64,000 bases of DNA. Origin: a virus. The number at the start of each line of letters is the position of its first letter. Position 1 is the stretch's first letter. Location: positions 64,001-128,000 of IMG/VR virus record IMGVR_UViG_3300042013_000056; one strand, written 5' to 3'. Of the stretch, positions 39,176 through 48,929 are shown piece by piece. Both the position numbers and the translations under genes were made by a program. The notes beneath the pieces are model-generated. The model made no database searches and was not told the DNA's origin. It worked only from the letters and a program-made list of their open reading frames with translations.

Positions 39176-40474
39176 TTAAATCTGTTTCAAATCAGATTGG
39201 AACTGATCTTGTGGGGTAGCATCTTTCCAGAATTTCCGTTGAGTGTCAAGCTCTTTCGCCGCCGTAATCTGTTTCGTGATTTCATCCGTGGTTAACGAAT
39301 AGAAGTCCATCCCCAGAAGGCTTGGAATGAGTTCTGTTTCAAACGAAACAGAAAGCTCTTTGGTCAGTTCAGATTTGGATTTTCCCTTGAAAACCAATGT
39401 GTTGTCAAGAACAGATCGAATAAATTTGATCTTGGCTACGGCAACCCTCAGTTTCCATTCGGTTTCAGCCAGCCGCTTAGCAATTCGCTGGGTGTAGTAC
39501 GGCAACCGGAAGTCACAGAATTCCTTTACGATTTCGTGTGGACCATCGAATTTCCGCAGTTTACGACCGTCATCCAGAACTGTCAGGTTCTCGGTGAACG
39601 ATGATCGAAGCTTGAACAATTTGATCAAATCATCATTGGTCTTTGTATCAAACCCACGCTTCAAATCGACCTTGAAACAGAATCCGTTTTCACCACAGTC
39701 TTCGTCGTACCTGAGAATGATTCCTTTCTCTTTCAGTTCTTCCAGAACAGCGATGTACTTCACACGGTCGTACTTGAATGGAACTTCACTGATGATCGCG
39801 GTTGTCTTGCCTTTCAGCTCAACGATACCGATTTGATCAAACCCACCCTTGGAATTTGGTTCGATCCGACCTTTGAACCCATAGAACTTCGGGGCTACTT
39901 TGATTGTATCAATGTCCTTACCCTGTACATACTTCAAGCACAGGTTTTTGATATCATCCAACGCATACGGTGGGATGTCAGTTGCGTAGCCGGTTGCGAT
40001 CCCAGAGATACCGTTTACCAGAACCATTGGAATGATCGGCAAATAGAACTTCGGTGGGATGTGTTCCGGGTCTTCATGTGGTGGGCAAAGGTCGTTATCT
40101 TTGAAAATCTTATCCATCAAAGGGTGAACCTGTGCAAACACATAACGCGGGCTGGCAGCTTCTTTGATCAATCGATCACCGAAGTAACCATCACCCAGAA
40201 GGCACGGTTGGTTATTACACCAATCAGCCGCCATCAGACTTGCCGCTTCCTGTGCAGCCGCATCACCGTGGTGATAACCATACTCGGCAATAGCAGCCAA
40301 TGACGATACTTTCAACCATCGGTTATGTGCATTCTTGAACGCAGAGTACATGATGAATCGTTGGGATGGTTTGAATCCATCCACCATGGAAGGAATCGCC
40401 CGGTTCTCGATTGTGTAAATCGAAAACTCACGCCAAGGCCCGTGGGCAAACTGGCTCAATGTAATTTCTGTCAT
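39176..40474 (-). CDS. 52: DNA topoisomerase II medium subunit (gp52)
   Basis: DGFKPSQR, YHHGD, AASPRY catalytic Tyr, NGISGIATGY. Confidence 0.95.
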   Translation of the reverse strand: MTEITLSQFAHGPWREFSIYTIENRAIPSMVDGFKPSQRFIMYSAFKNAHNRWLKVSSLAAIAEYGYHHGDAAAQEAASLMAADWCNNQPCLLGDGYFGDRLIKEAASPRYVFAQVHPLMDKIFKDNDLCPPHEDPEHIPPKFYLPIIPMVLVNGISGIATGYATDIPPYALDDIKNLCLKYVQGKDIDTIKVAPKFYGFKGRIEPNSKGGFDQIGIVELKGKTTAIISEVPFKYDRVKYIAVLEELKEKGIILRYDEDCGENGFCFKVDLKRGFDTKTNDDLIKLFKLRSSFTENLTVLDDGRKLRKFDGPHEIVKEFCDFRLPYYTQRIAKRLAETEWKLRVAVAKIKFIRSVLDNTLVFKGKSKSELTKELSVSFETELIPSLLGMDFYSLTTDEITKQITAAKELDTQRKFWKDATPQDQFQSDLKQI

Positions 40475-42297
40475 ACGTCACCAATCAGTTTCTTACGGGC
40501 GTCACCAAATTTGATGTAATCGCCATACATTGCATCAAACAAGCTTGGGTCATCAATCTTGACCGTCACCATGACAGGACTGGACAAAATGTCTTTGTAC
40601 TCGGCTTTACGCAGAGAACCAAGACCTTTGATATATCGAATTTCATACCCTTTGAGTTTTGATGAAACTGCATCGAACTCGGCTTTGTCATAGTAGTATT
40701 TTCGATCATCTTTCTTGGTTGCCACATACAGTGGTGTCTTAACGATCTTGACCCGATTCATTTGATACAACTCAGGCCACAACCAGAAGAAATTCAGCAA
40801 TAACCCTTGGATCGAGAATCCGTCAAGGTCTTGGTCGGTCATGATCGCAATCGTCCCGTAATTCGGGTTGACTACTTTTTGACCAATCTTCAAACCAAGG
40901 ATGTTGATCAGCTCGCCAAGCTCTTTTGTTCCAAGGATTTCCGACGTTTTCATGCCGGTCACGTTTGGAATCTTGCCTCGCAATGGATACCCACCGTAAA
41001 TCTTTTTCAGTTCCTCTGTACGGGCCGAAACGAATGGACCAATAGCAGAGTCACCTTCTGCGATGAACAACGTCTTCTCGTTCGAATAGCGGCCTGTAGC
41101 GGGGATATGCTTCGCTACGGTCTTGGCAGCAACAGCTTTTTCAGCCATGGTTGCAGCACGGGCATCAGCGGCCATCTGTTTTGCAAGCTGGGCTTGGATG
41201 ATCGGCATAATCAACGCATCATTTTTCAGAATGCTTGCAGCCAGCTTGTCGAACTTGACAGACTCGAAATAACCTGAGATTTCACCACGCGGGTTTGTGA
41301 TTCGTTCCTTGGTCTGGGAATCGAATTTCATGTTCTTCATACCACGGATCACAGAAATCAATTGCAAGTGGCTTTTGATTTGACCCGGTGTCACTTCGAG
41401 CTTGTGTTTCTTTTTGATGCCTTCACGCAGAACATCACACAACTGACCCATGATGTAATCAATGTGCGAACCACCGTTGATGATACTCAGACCATTCACC
41501 AGAGACAAGCAACGGAATTCTTCTGCTTCACTGTTCATGATCCCAATGATAACACCGTCGTCGCTGTGCAGAACGTGTTCTTCCGCAAACTTGGTCATCC
41601 AAGCCTTTGGGGTTCCCAGCTTGACAGTTTCGTCATTGAATTTGAACGTGATTGCAGGGTAACAAACAGCCAAGTTATTCAGGCGGTTGAGAATCAAACC
41701 CTTGAGCGTTTCGTCGATGTTTTTAACACCGAATCTTGAAAACTCTGGCTCAATATAAACCTCTGTAAACTTCTTCGTGCTTTTCTTGACATCAACATTG
41801 CGGATAGTGGCGTTATCGTCACATTCCACAACCAACTTAAACTTACCATCCGAGGTTGTACCGATGAATTTGGAACTGAAAATGTTAGCCAGTGCCGAAC
41901 CCACGCCGTTCATACCGATGGTGTCACGATCTGCATCCGAACCGAAGTTAGAACCTGCTTTGGTTTTACACCATGCAGCTACTGGCAAATAAATGTCTTC
42001 GCCGTCAAGGTCTTTGGTCAGAGTAACCGGGATACCACGGCCATTGTCTTTGATCCAAAACGATTTGTCGGTTACTTTGATATCGATTTGATTGGCATAT
42101 TCCCCACCGGTACGAATGAATTCGTCGATAGAGTTATCAATCAGCTCGTTGAGGATTTTGAACAAACCCGGCACGTATTGAAACGGTTGCCATTTGTAGT
42201 TCAAAAATTGATTGTGTAGCTCGCTAGTTACCGATCCGCAATACATGCCCGGACGTAACAGGATGTGGGCTTTATCATCCAGAATTTGGAACGACAT
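40471..42297 (-). CDS. 39: DNA topoisomerase II large subunit (gp39 and gp60 in one ORF)
   Basis: HILLRPGMY, ELIDNSID, GMNGVG, EGDSA, PLRGK, DQDLDG, YIKGLG. Confidence 0.95.
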   Translation of the reverse strand: MSFQILDDKAHILLRPGMYCGSVTSELHNQFLNYKWQPFQYVPGLFKILNELIDNSIDEFIRTGGEYANQIDIKVTDKSFWIKDNGRGIPVTLTKDLDGEDIYLPVAAWCKTKAGSNFGSDADRDTIGMNGVGSALANIFSSKFIGTTSDGKFKLVVECDDNATIRNVDVKKSTKKFTEVYIEPEFSRFGVKNIDETLKGLILNRLNNLAVCYPAITFKFNDETVKLGTPKAWMTKFAEEHVLHSDDGVIIGIMNSEAEEFRCLSLVNGLSIINGGSHIDYIMGQLCDVLREGIKKKHKLEVTPGQIKSHLQLISVIRGMKNMKFDSQTKERITNPRGEISGYFESVKFDKLAASILKNDALIMPIIQAQLAKQMAADARAATMAEKAVAAKTVAKHIPATGRYSNEKTLFIAEGDSAIGPFVSARTEELKKIYGGYPLRGKIPNVTGMKTSEILGTKELGELINILGLKIGQKVVNPNYGTIAIMTDQDLDGFSIQGLLLNFFWLWPELYQMNRVKIVKTPLYVATKKDDRKYYYDKAEFDAVSSKLKGYEIRYIKGLGSLRKAEYKDILSSPVMVTVKIDDPSLFDAMYGDYIKFGDARKKLIGDV

Positions 42298-42316
42298 TGA
42301 ATCTCCTAAAACAGAA

Positions 42317-42341
42317 AAGGGATTCTATCACGAATCCCCTT
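42317..42341 (-). terminator. terminator after dexA
   Basis: GGGATTC...GAATCCC followed by TTTTCTGTTTT. Confidence 0.65.
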
Positions 42342-42352
42342 CCAGTTAAACA

Positions 42353-42997
42353 TTACAGGTCTTCGGTCGTAATCTCGCCGGTAACCAGTCGAACCACGTT
42401 CTGCATTTCAACAACAGCTTTCGCAATGTCGTGACGCGCATCGTGGATACGGAAGCCCGGAATAGTTTTGTATTCGCGGTCATCCTTGTAGATGGTGGTC
42501 ATGGTGAAATCCAGTGTTGCCGCCGCAATGAAAGTACGGATGTCACGGGAGTTCCAGAAAGCACCCGGCAGGGTTTCCCCAACCATTTCCATCAAACTAC
42601 CAAGAATCGGGATATCGAAATCCTGACCACGGCAGAAACGAATGGTGTTCTTTTCCACGTTCTTATCAATACCTTTGGACGCAAGGTATTCTTTGATTTG
42701 TTTCGTACCTTCAGCCATGGTTACATCATTTGCAGATGGCATCAGCTCACGACGAACAACGTCGTCCTGTTTCTTCCACCATTCCAGAGTATCAGGGTCG
42801 ATCTTGCGGCCAGCTTTCTTCTGTTCGGCAATGCTGAACTTCACGTAGAAAGCATCTTTCACGTATTCTTCAAAGCTTTTGCGTTCGTTGAAGTCGAACA
42901 CCAAGAATGCAGCAGAAACAACAACTGCATCAGACTTAGTTCCAAGGGTTTCAATATCGAACCCGTAGAACTTAGTCCCTTTACGCATGGTCAGCAT
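42353..42997 (-). CDS. dexA: 3'-5' exonuclease DexA-like
   Basis: FDIETL, RGQDFD, RDIRT, HDARHD. Confidence 0.85.
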   Translation of the reverse strand: MLTMRKGTKFYGFDIETLGTKSDAVVVSAAFLVFDFNERKSFEEYVKDAFYVKFSIAEQKKAGRKIDPDTLEWWKKQDDVVRRELMPSANDVTMAEGTKQIKEYLASKGIDKNVEKNTIRFCRGQDFDIPILGSLMEMVGETLPGAFWNSRDIRTFIAAATLDFTMTTIYKDDREYKTIPGFRIHDARHDIAKAVVEMQNVVRLVTGEITTEDL

Positions 42998-43560
42998 TAA
43001 GAAGCAACACCGTAAGCAGCCAAATCAGCTTCTTTGATGAACGCACCGTCGATCATACGGCCTTTACGGTCTTTGATCACGTTGTACGACTTGTCCAAGT
43101 TTTCTTCGATGGTTGTATCAAAGCGGTAGCTGATGCTTTCGATGATACGGAACGCAGTACCAATGCCTTGCTGTGCCTTGGTCAAATCTTTCTTGGAAAT
43201 ACCGGTAGCCAGTCGGCCAACAGCATTGAACAACGAATGAAGCAAACCGGATACACCCTGTGCTTTACACAGAAGACCACCACGGGCATTTGCATCTTCA
43301 AGTTGATCATCGAAAGTTGCAATACAGGTTTCGATATCAGTACCCAGTTGAGCGGCAACAATGGTCAGAACAACCACAGAGTCACCAAGACCGTCGATGA
43401 TTTCGAATTCATCACCGTCATCAATACCTTGTGTGAACTCACTGATTTCTTCAATCAGTTTGGTAAATTGAGCTTGTGGAGTTGCACCGGCAATCAGATT
43501 GCGAGCTTCGCCCCATTCACGGACCAGTTGGAAGTTTTCAGTAATTTCTTTAATGCTCAT
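42997..43560 (-). CDS. MazG-like / all-alpha dNTP pyrophosphatase with internal duplication
   Basis: KLIEEISE, DGLGDSVV, IKDRKG; located at the T4 gp56 position next to primase. Confidence 0.75.
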   Translation of the reverse strand: MSIKEITENFQLVREWGEARNLIAGATPQAQFTKLIEEISEFTQGIDDGDEFEIIDGLGDSVVVLTIVAAQLGTDIETCIATFDDQLEDANARGGLLCKAQGVSGLLHSLFNAVGRLATGISKKDLTKAQQGIGTAFRIIESISYRFDTTIEENLDKSYNVIKDRKGRMIDGAFIKEADLAAYGVAS

Positions 43561-44612
43561 AGGGGAATCTTACACCATTTATCAAATTGAAGTTGTGCGG
43601 CTAAACCGCTCACAGTATTGCGTTCGAAATATTGTTGAATCTCTTGTGGACTGACACCGTTTTGAACGCAGAGGTTGATGTCTTTCCACTTGTATTTCCA
43701 GTTCATCCACGATACGAACTTCGCACCGCGTTTAATCAGAGTTTGATACCGGCGACATACCGATTGGTTTCTCGGTTCGTTATCGAGTACAAACACCCAG
43801 TCAAAATCAGGATCAAGTAAGTCTGGGTTGGCAGAACCACCTAAGATGGCCGCTGTGTTGTCTAGGAACATTGCATCAAACGCACCTTCAAGCAGGAACA
43901 CCGGTTTAGTGTCCTTAACCTTGTCCATGCCCCAAATCTTGAGTTCTTCTTTGACCAATACAGTCAAATACTTCTTTTCATCACAATTTGGGTCTAAGCT
44001 TCGGCCTTGAAAGCAAATCAATTCACCGGCTTTGTTATACGCCGGAATTACAATACGGGGTTCATCTTTGAAGATTTTGTCGTATGTTTGTTCAAACTGG
44101 TTTGTTAACAGTTTCCATTTATCTGTAAAGTAAATCTTATTCCACAGATGAATTGGAATCAGTCGATCAGCAATGTACTTGCGTGCAAAATGATCGGACG
44201 GTAATGATGCAATGGTTGGCAACTCATGGAGAAATGCAGGATCACCCGATTTCTTTGGAGCAACTTCATCAATATCATCAAACACCGAACTAGTTGTTGA
44301 ACTTGCTCGTTTGTTCGCCTGCCCGTATTCTTTAAACTTGTCTAAGCGGTATTCACCGGCAAGAGACTTATCCACTCGGAACAGGAAGTATGAGAGATTC
44401 GAACCACAAGTTTCGTCGTTGAAACAGTGAAACTTCGCTTCACCATCTTTATCAAACAACCAACCACGGGCTTTATTCTTATCTTTTGCAGAGTCACCAC
44501 AAATGGGACATCTGAAATTGAATCGACCGCGTTGCCGTTCCTTGAATCTCTCAAGTCTTATGGAAACGCGGTTGATATACGCTGCGTCAATCCAATCCAA
44601 AATCATCACCAA
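43557..44612 (-). CDS. 61: DNA primase (gp61)
   Basis: RCPICGDS zinc finger, FQGR, EGAFD, DNEPRN. Confidence 0.95.
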   Translation of the reverse strand: MVMILDWIDAAYINRVSIRLERFKERQRGRFNFRCPICGDSAKDKNKARGWLFDKDGEAKFHCFNDETCGSNLSYFLFRVDKSLAGEYRLDKFKEYGQANKRASSTTSSVFDDIDEVAPKKSGDPAFLHELPTIASLPSDHFARKYIADRLIPIHLWNKIYFTDKWKLLTNQFEQTYDKIFKDEPRIVIPAYNKAGELICFQGRSLDPNCDEKKYLTVLVKEELKIWGMDKVKDTKPVFLLEGAFDAMFLDNTAAILGGSANPDLLDPDFDWVFVLDNEPRNQSVCRRYQTLIKRGAKFVSWMNWKYKWKDINLCVQNGVSPQEIQQYFERNTVSGLAAQLQFDKWCKIPL

Positions 44613-44628
44613 TCAAAAACGTACTATA

Positions 44629-45006
44629 TCACAGTTTGATGTAATCATTAAACTTTGGAATGATATATTCCTCAGTCACGAAATTCATCGAGTCGATCCA
44701 TGTAGTTGTATCAAACGATTCAAGCAAAGCTTCATCGTCTGTATCCTCTTTGTAGAGGGCATACGCGGCCACCAGCTTACCGATTTTGGACTTACCACCC
44801 GGAACAGTTTCTATCAATCTCTTGAGGTTCGCTGCAAGCCGGTGAAAATACGTCCATGCGGTAGTTTCAGCCGATGTTACGGCTGGTTTTATCTGGTTAC
44901 CGGTTTTATCAATTATGCCTTTCTTGAAGGCGTCCCACTGTGTCCAATCTTGGTACAGCAAAGCAGCCATTCTGGCGGCATAAATGTTGTCTATCAGTTT
45001 AGGCAT
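44629..45006 (-). CDS. conserved T4-like protein gp61.1-like
   Basis: AFKxGIID..G...K...FHRL..NLKR; TAAATA at 45047-45052 upstream. Confidence 0.7.
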   Translation of the reverse strand: MPKLIDNIYAARMAALLYQDWTQWDAFKKGIIDKTGNQIKPAVTSAETTAWTYFHRLAANLKRLIETVPGGKSKIGKLVAAYALYKEDTDDEALLESFDTTTWIDSMNFVTEEYIIPKFNDYIKL

Positions 45007-45061
45007 ATTACCATCAGTTTTAAGTATTCGTGGGGAATCCACTGATTATTTACCAGAATAC

Positions 45062-45328
45062 TTACACGTCGAAGAAGGGGTTGGCTAATTCTATCAAAAC
45101 GTCACCATGACAGGCGAGTGGTTTGCAGAAGCAGACCAAATCACACCCTTGAAGTTCATGGATGTCTTTGATCAGGCCGGATGTGTACAAGTAGTCCTTG
45201 TACATTTGAATTACAACGGAACGTGGACCATCAACACCGGCCTTGAACGGGTTTCCCCATTTACCGGGCCGGCTGATGTGTACTGCGTTTTGCGGAAACG
45301 GTTTGTTCCGGTTCCAGACTTTAGGCAT
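45062..45328 (-). CDS. DUF4326-family protein
   Basis: RPGKWGNPF...LVCFCKPLACHGDVL. Confidence 0.8.
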   Translation of the reverse strand: MPKVWNRNKPFPQNAVHISRPGKWGNPFKAGVDGPRSVVIQMYKDYLYTSGLIKDIHELQGCDLVCFCKPLACHGDVLIELANPFFDV

Positions 45329-46003
45329 CAACTCGTTCAACGAACTCAATATCAGTTCGAGCGTAGCGGGTTGATTGACCATAGCGTCTGGATGTTTGCA
45401 CCAGCACGGTTTTCAATGTGATATCCAGAATTTCCATTTCGACCAACGAAACAGCACCCGGAAGCTTCACAAACCAAACTTCACCTTTCTGTTGTTCAAA
45501 CAGACTGACCGGACCAACAGCTTGTGGACCACCAACAGATTTCATCGGCTCAAGCTTGTAATCACCCCATTGTTCTGGCAGTGTTGTTACAACCGTGGTC
45601 AGTGTTGGCTGATTCTGTTCTTTCCAGTGCCGTGATAACATAGACCCCATTGAGTCTGGGTACGGCTCTGGTTGGAATCCAGCATCATTATCACCCAGTT
45701 TCATTACACAGCCTTTGGTGTAAGCAGTGCAGTGATGTTGTCGATTGCAGCATTTGCACCGACGATTTCAGCACCAGCGGCTTCATGTTTGGCTTGCAGT
45801 GCTTTGATTTCAGCATCATGCGCAGCTTGTTGTTCCTTGTGATGGGTGACGGCGGTTTTCAGCTCATCAACAATCGAATGGAACGTACCGAGGATTTCAT
45901 TGACAGCACGAACTTTCTTACCGCCGCCGAACAGATTCGACAGAAAGCCTTGGGATTGTTCATTGGTCGATGCGCCTACAGTTGGTTCAGTACGAGTAGT
46001 CAT
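45321..46003 (-). CDS. two hypothetical genes (45321-45704, 45704-46003 coiled coil)
   Basis: TAATG coupling; promoter upstream. Confidence 0.65.
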
Positions 46004-46042
46004 TTTGTTGCCCTGTGTTGGGTTGTTCTTGAATGTGTGGCT

Positions 46043-46105
46043 ATCTTACGACAGGTTCTGTTCGAAATAAACATTGGACGCAACAAAATCGCTTCTGCTG
46101 CGTCC
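46043..46105 (-). promoter_or_regulatory. 13-bp GNRA-capped hairpin followed by promoter AATGTTTATT-N17-TAAGAT
   Basis: GGACGCAGCAGAA-GCGA-TTTTGTTGCGTCC. Confidence 0.7.
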
Positions 46106-46115
46106 TACGCTTAAA

Positions 46116-47534
46116 TCAGGCCCACTCTACCCCTTCACCGTTTGCGATTGCTACGGTCGTGCCTGAGCCTGTTACAGCGGCCTTAACTGTGACGGCTGGT
46201 GGCATGGTCTGATCATCCGGGAACGTGTTGTTTTCAAGCTGTGTCCAGCGTTGAAGACCTTTATCCACGGCAAGGAAGAACCTACTCCACTTGGATTTGT
46301 CACCGTAACGCGATTTCACCTGTTTGAACATCTGCTGACCCTGTTGGGCCAATGCTTCTGTTTCAACAATACCCAGAATAAAGTCAGCGGTATGGACCAA
46401 GCCAGCGGATTCCGCCGTATCGCCCATATCGATGTCGCTTTTCTCCCACGAACTACGGGTGGTTTGTGCCGCAGTCCACACACAGGTATTTGTCTCAATC
46501 GCCAGACCACGGATTTCTTCCGCAATGGCTTTGACGTAACCGTATGAGTTTTCACCACCATAACCGATACGCTGGCTCGCACAGATACCAAGGTAGTCGA
46601 TAATGATAATTTGTGGTACGAAATTCTGTTTCGTTCTGAGTTCTTGCAGCAAGGTGCGGAAATGCCCAACGTGGGCTGCACCGGTAGGGAACTGTTTGAA
46701 GAACAGATTACCCACAACCTTTTCACGCAGCTTAGCGATTTTCTTACCGAACATCGCCTTTGGAATCGCTTCAAGGTCATCCATCGTCACGTTCAGAAGG
46801 TTTGCATCAATCCGCTTACCGATTGCTTCCTCAGACATTTCCATCGAAATATAGAGGACGTTCATACCTTGGTTCAGGTAACCGGCTGCTAAGTGACACA
46901 ACCCCAACGACTTACCAGCGTTCGAGCCTGCAAGCAAGATGTTCAGGGTTTTATATTCAGCACCACCTTTCGTTACACGATTGAGAATGTCGATGTCAAA
47001 CGGAATTTTCGCCGCTTTGTCGTGGTACGAATTGTACCGGGTTTCCCAGTCGGTAATGTAGTTGTGACCAACGGATGTATCAAAGCACACGCCTAGGGCA
47101 TCCCGCATCATTTCCGGGATCGATCCCACGTCTAGAAGCTTCTTGTTTCGCTTCTCTGGTGGTAAGTCGGCGTTTGATTTGATTTCCAAGGCTTTGGACA
47201 ACGCATTGTACAGAGCTTGTTGTTTGCAGAACCCTTCCGTTTCTTCAACAATAAAAGCTGTCTGGCCGAGGTCTGGTCGTTTTGTGTCCAGTACATCGAT
47301 TTGAGCTTCAAGTGCTACGTGGGTACTATCAGTCAGGTTGTTGTCTTTTTCAAGCAGAATTTTCAGAACAGATGCATCAGGACGTTTGTTGTACTTGTCA
47401 CCAAAGAATTTGATGTAATTAAACAAACGTTCATCAGCCGAATCAATAAAGTATTCGCGTTTAAGATGTGGCAGAACCGAGCGAAAGTATTCCTCGTTGT
47501 GCATCAGGTTTAGAAAAATACTTTCTACGATCAT
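46116..47534 (-). CDS. 41: replicative helicase (gp41)
   Basis: AGSNAGKS, SMEMSE, IDYLG, AQTTRS, KSRYG. Confidence 0.95.
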   Translation of the reverse strand: MIVESIFLNLMHNEEYFRSVLPHLKREYFIDSADERLFNYIKFFGDKYNKRPDASVLKILLEKDNNLTDSTHVALEAQIDVLDTKRPDLGQTAFIVEETEGFCKQQALYNALSKALEIKSNADLPPEKRNKKLLDVGSIPEMMRDALGVCFDTSVGHNYITDWETRYNSYHDKAAKIPFDIDILNRVTKGGAEYKTLNILLAGSNAGKSLGLCHLAAGYLNQGMNVLYISMEMSEEAIGKRIDANLLNVTMDDLEAIPKAMFGKKIAKLREKVVGNLFFKQFPTGAAHVGHFRTLLQELRTKQNFVPQIIIIDYLGICASQRIGYGGENSYGYVKAIAEEIRGLAIETNTCVWTAAQTTRSSWEKSDIDMGDTAESAGLVHTADFILGIVETEALAQQGQQMFKQVKSRYGDKSKWSRFFLAVDKGLQRWTQLENNTFPDDQTMPPAVTVKAAVTGSGTTVAIANGEGVEWA

Positions 47535-47831
47535 TTACCAAAGCTCTTTGATTTTGTTTAAAAGGGTTCGCCATATCGGCAAGTTAAGGTCGGGTTCTGG
47601 TTCTGGAATTTCGTCATCATCTGGCGTCTTTTCGATGTTCTCTAACAAGAACTTGAATGCCTGAGCCAACATTTTATCGGTTACATCATCAGACCAAAGA
47701 CGTTCACCGAGAATGACCCAATCGGTTTTAAATCTACCATCTTGGGTCACTTCAAAGTTGGTCACCGCTACCTGTTGCCCGCTCAAGTCGAACAACAGGT
47801 ATTGGCTAGGGGCCGCAGTCGGCTCGATCAA
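47535..47831 (-). CDS. probable gp40 / head vertex assembly chaperone homolog
   Basis: T4 synteny uvsX-40-41; sequence support weak. Confidence 0.45.
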   Translation of the reverse strand: MIEPTAAPSQYLLFDLSGQQVAVTNFEVTQDGRFKTDWVILGERLWSDDVTDKMLAQAFKFLLENIEKTPDDDEIPEPEPDLNLPIWRTLLNKIKELW

Positions 47832-48913
47832 TCCTCAACACCTTTAAGGAAGGTATCAAACTCGGCTTCGTGGTTTGTATCCATTTCGGTTGCTTTCAAC
47901 ATGTACGTGTTTTCAACGTAGTCACGGAACGACTTGCGTTTCATGATTTCCATCAAGTAGTTGTTGGTCGCTTCCAGCTCTGCTCTACGGAACTTCTTAC
48001 CGTCGTACAGGATTTCGCCGGTATCCGGGTTGATCATTTGATAGAACCCTTTGGTTGGGCTAATCAACGAACCTTCTTCCAGTGCCAGTTCAAAGATGCC
48101 AGACATTGCCTGAACACCACCCTCAAACGAAACGTGAATCGGGAACTTGGACTTTTCAACCACGAATCGCGATTTCTCGATGATCAGTGTGAACTTGAAG
48201 CCGGTCAGCTCTTGGCCGTCTTTGTCCTGTGCCTTGGAAATAAACAGTACGGTGTTCGAAGACAACATACCACCCTGACCACCACCCATGATTTGTTTCG
48301 GGAACATGCCTTGTTCGTTGTATGTGTGGTTAATCACAATGCAAGGAATGTTCTTTGCTTGGAAGTGCGGGGTGATGATACGGAACATTGATTTCAGTTG
48401 CTTCGCACGGGTCATGTCCGCAGCACTGTTTTCATTCAATGCGTCATCAACTTCTTTCTTCGAAGCCAAGTTACCGATGGAATCCACCAAGAAAACAACT
48501 TTTTCGTTACGCTTGATTTGTTCAAGCAAGTTCGCGAATTCGAATTTCAGTTGTTCAATGTTGTAAATCGGAATGTGCATCAAACGGGATGGATCAATAC
48601 CGAACGACTTCAAGTATTCCGGGGTAATACCAAATTCGGAGTCAAGCAATACGCACATGGCGTCTTTGTGCTTCCGAAGATATGCAGCGACCAACAGCAA
48701 TGCGAAGTTGGTTTTAAAGTGCTTCGACTCTGCCGCGATGGACAGAATACCCGATGGAAGACCACCGTTGATTTTACCACTCAATGCCACGTTCAGGATC
48801 GGGACGGATGTTGGGGCAAAATCTTTTTCGTTAAACAGTGTCGAGTCGGACAACACCGCAACATCATCACGGGTTGTCGCTTTCAACAGTCTTTGCATCA
48901 AAGCTGGATTCAT
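47828..48913 (-). CDS. uvsX: RecA-like recombinase UvsX
   Basis: AAESKHFKT, DSEFG, DSIGNLASKKE, KSRF; start revised to MNPALM. Confidence 0.95.
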   Translation of the reverse strand: MNPALMQRLLKATTRDDVAVLSDSTLFNEKDFAPTSVPILNVALSGKINGGLPSGILSIAAESKHFKTNFALLLVAAYLRKHKDAMCVLLDSEFGITPEYLKSFGIDPSRLMHIPIYNIEQLKFEFANLLEQIKRNEKVVFLVDSIGNLASKKEVDDALNENSAADMTRAKQLKSMFRIITPHFQAKNIPCIVINHTYNEQGMFPKQIMGGGQGGMLSSNTVLFISKAQDKDGQELTGFKFTLIIEKSRFVVEKSKFPIHVSFEGGVQAMSGIFELALEEGSLISPTKGFYQMINPDTGEILYDGKKFRRAELEATNNYLMEIMKRKSFRDYVENTYMLKATEMDTNHEAEFDTFLKGVED

Positions 48914-48929
48914 CTTTTTCTCAGTTCTC

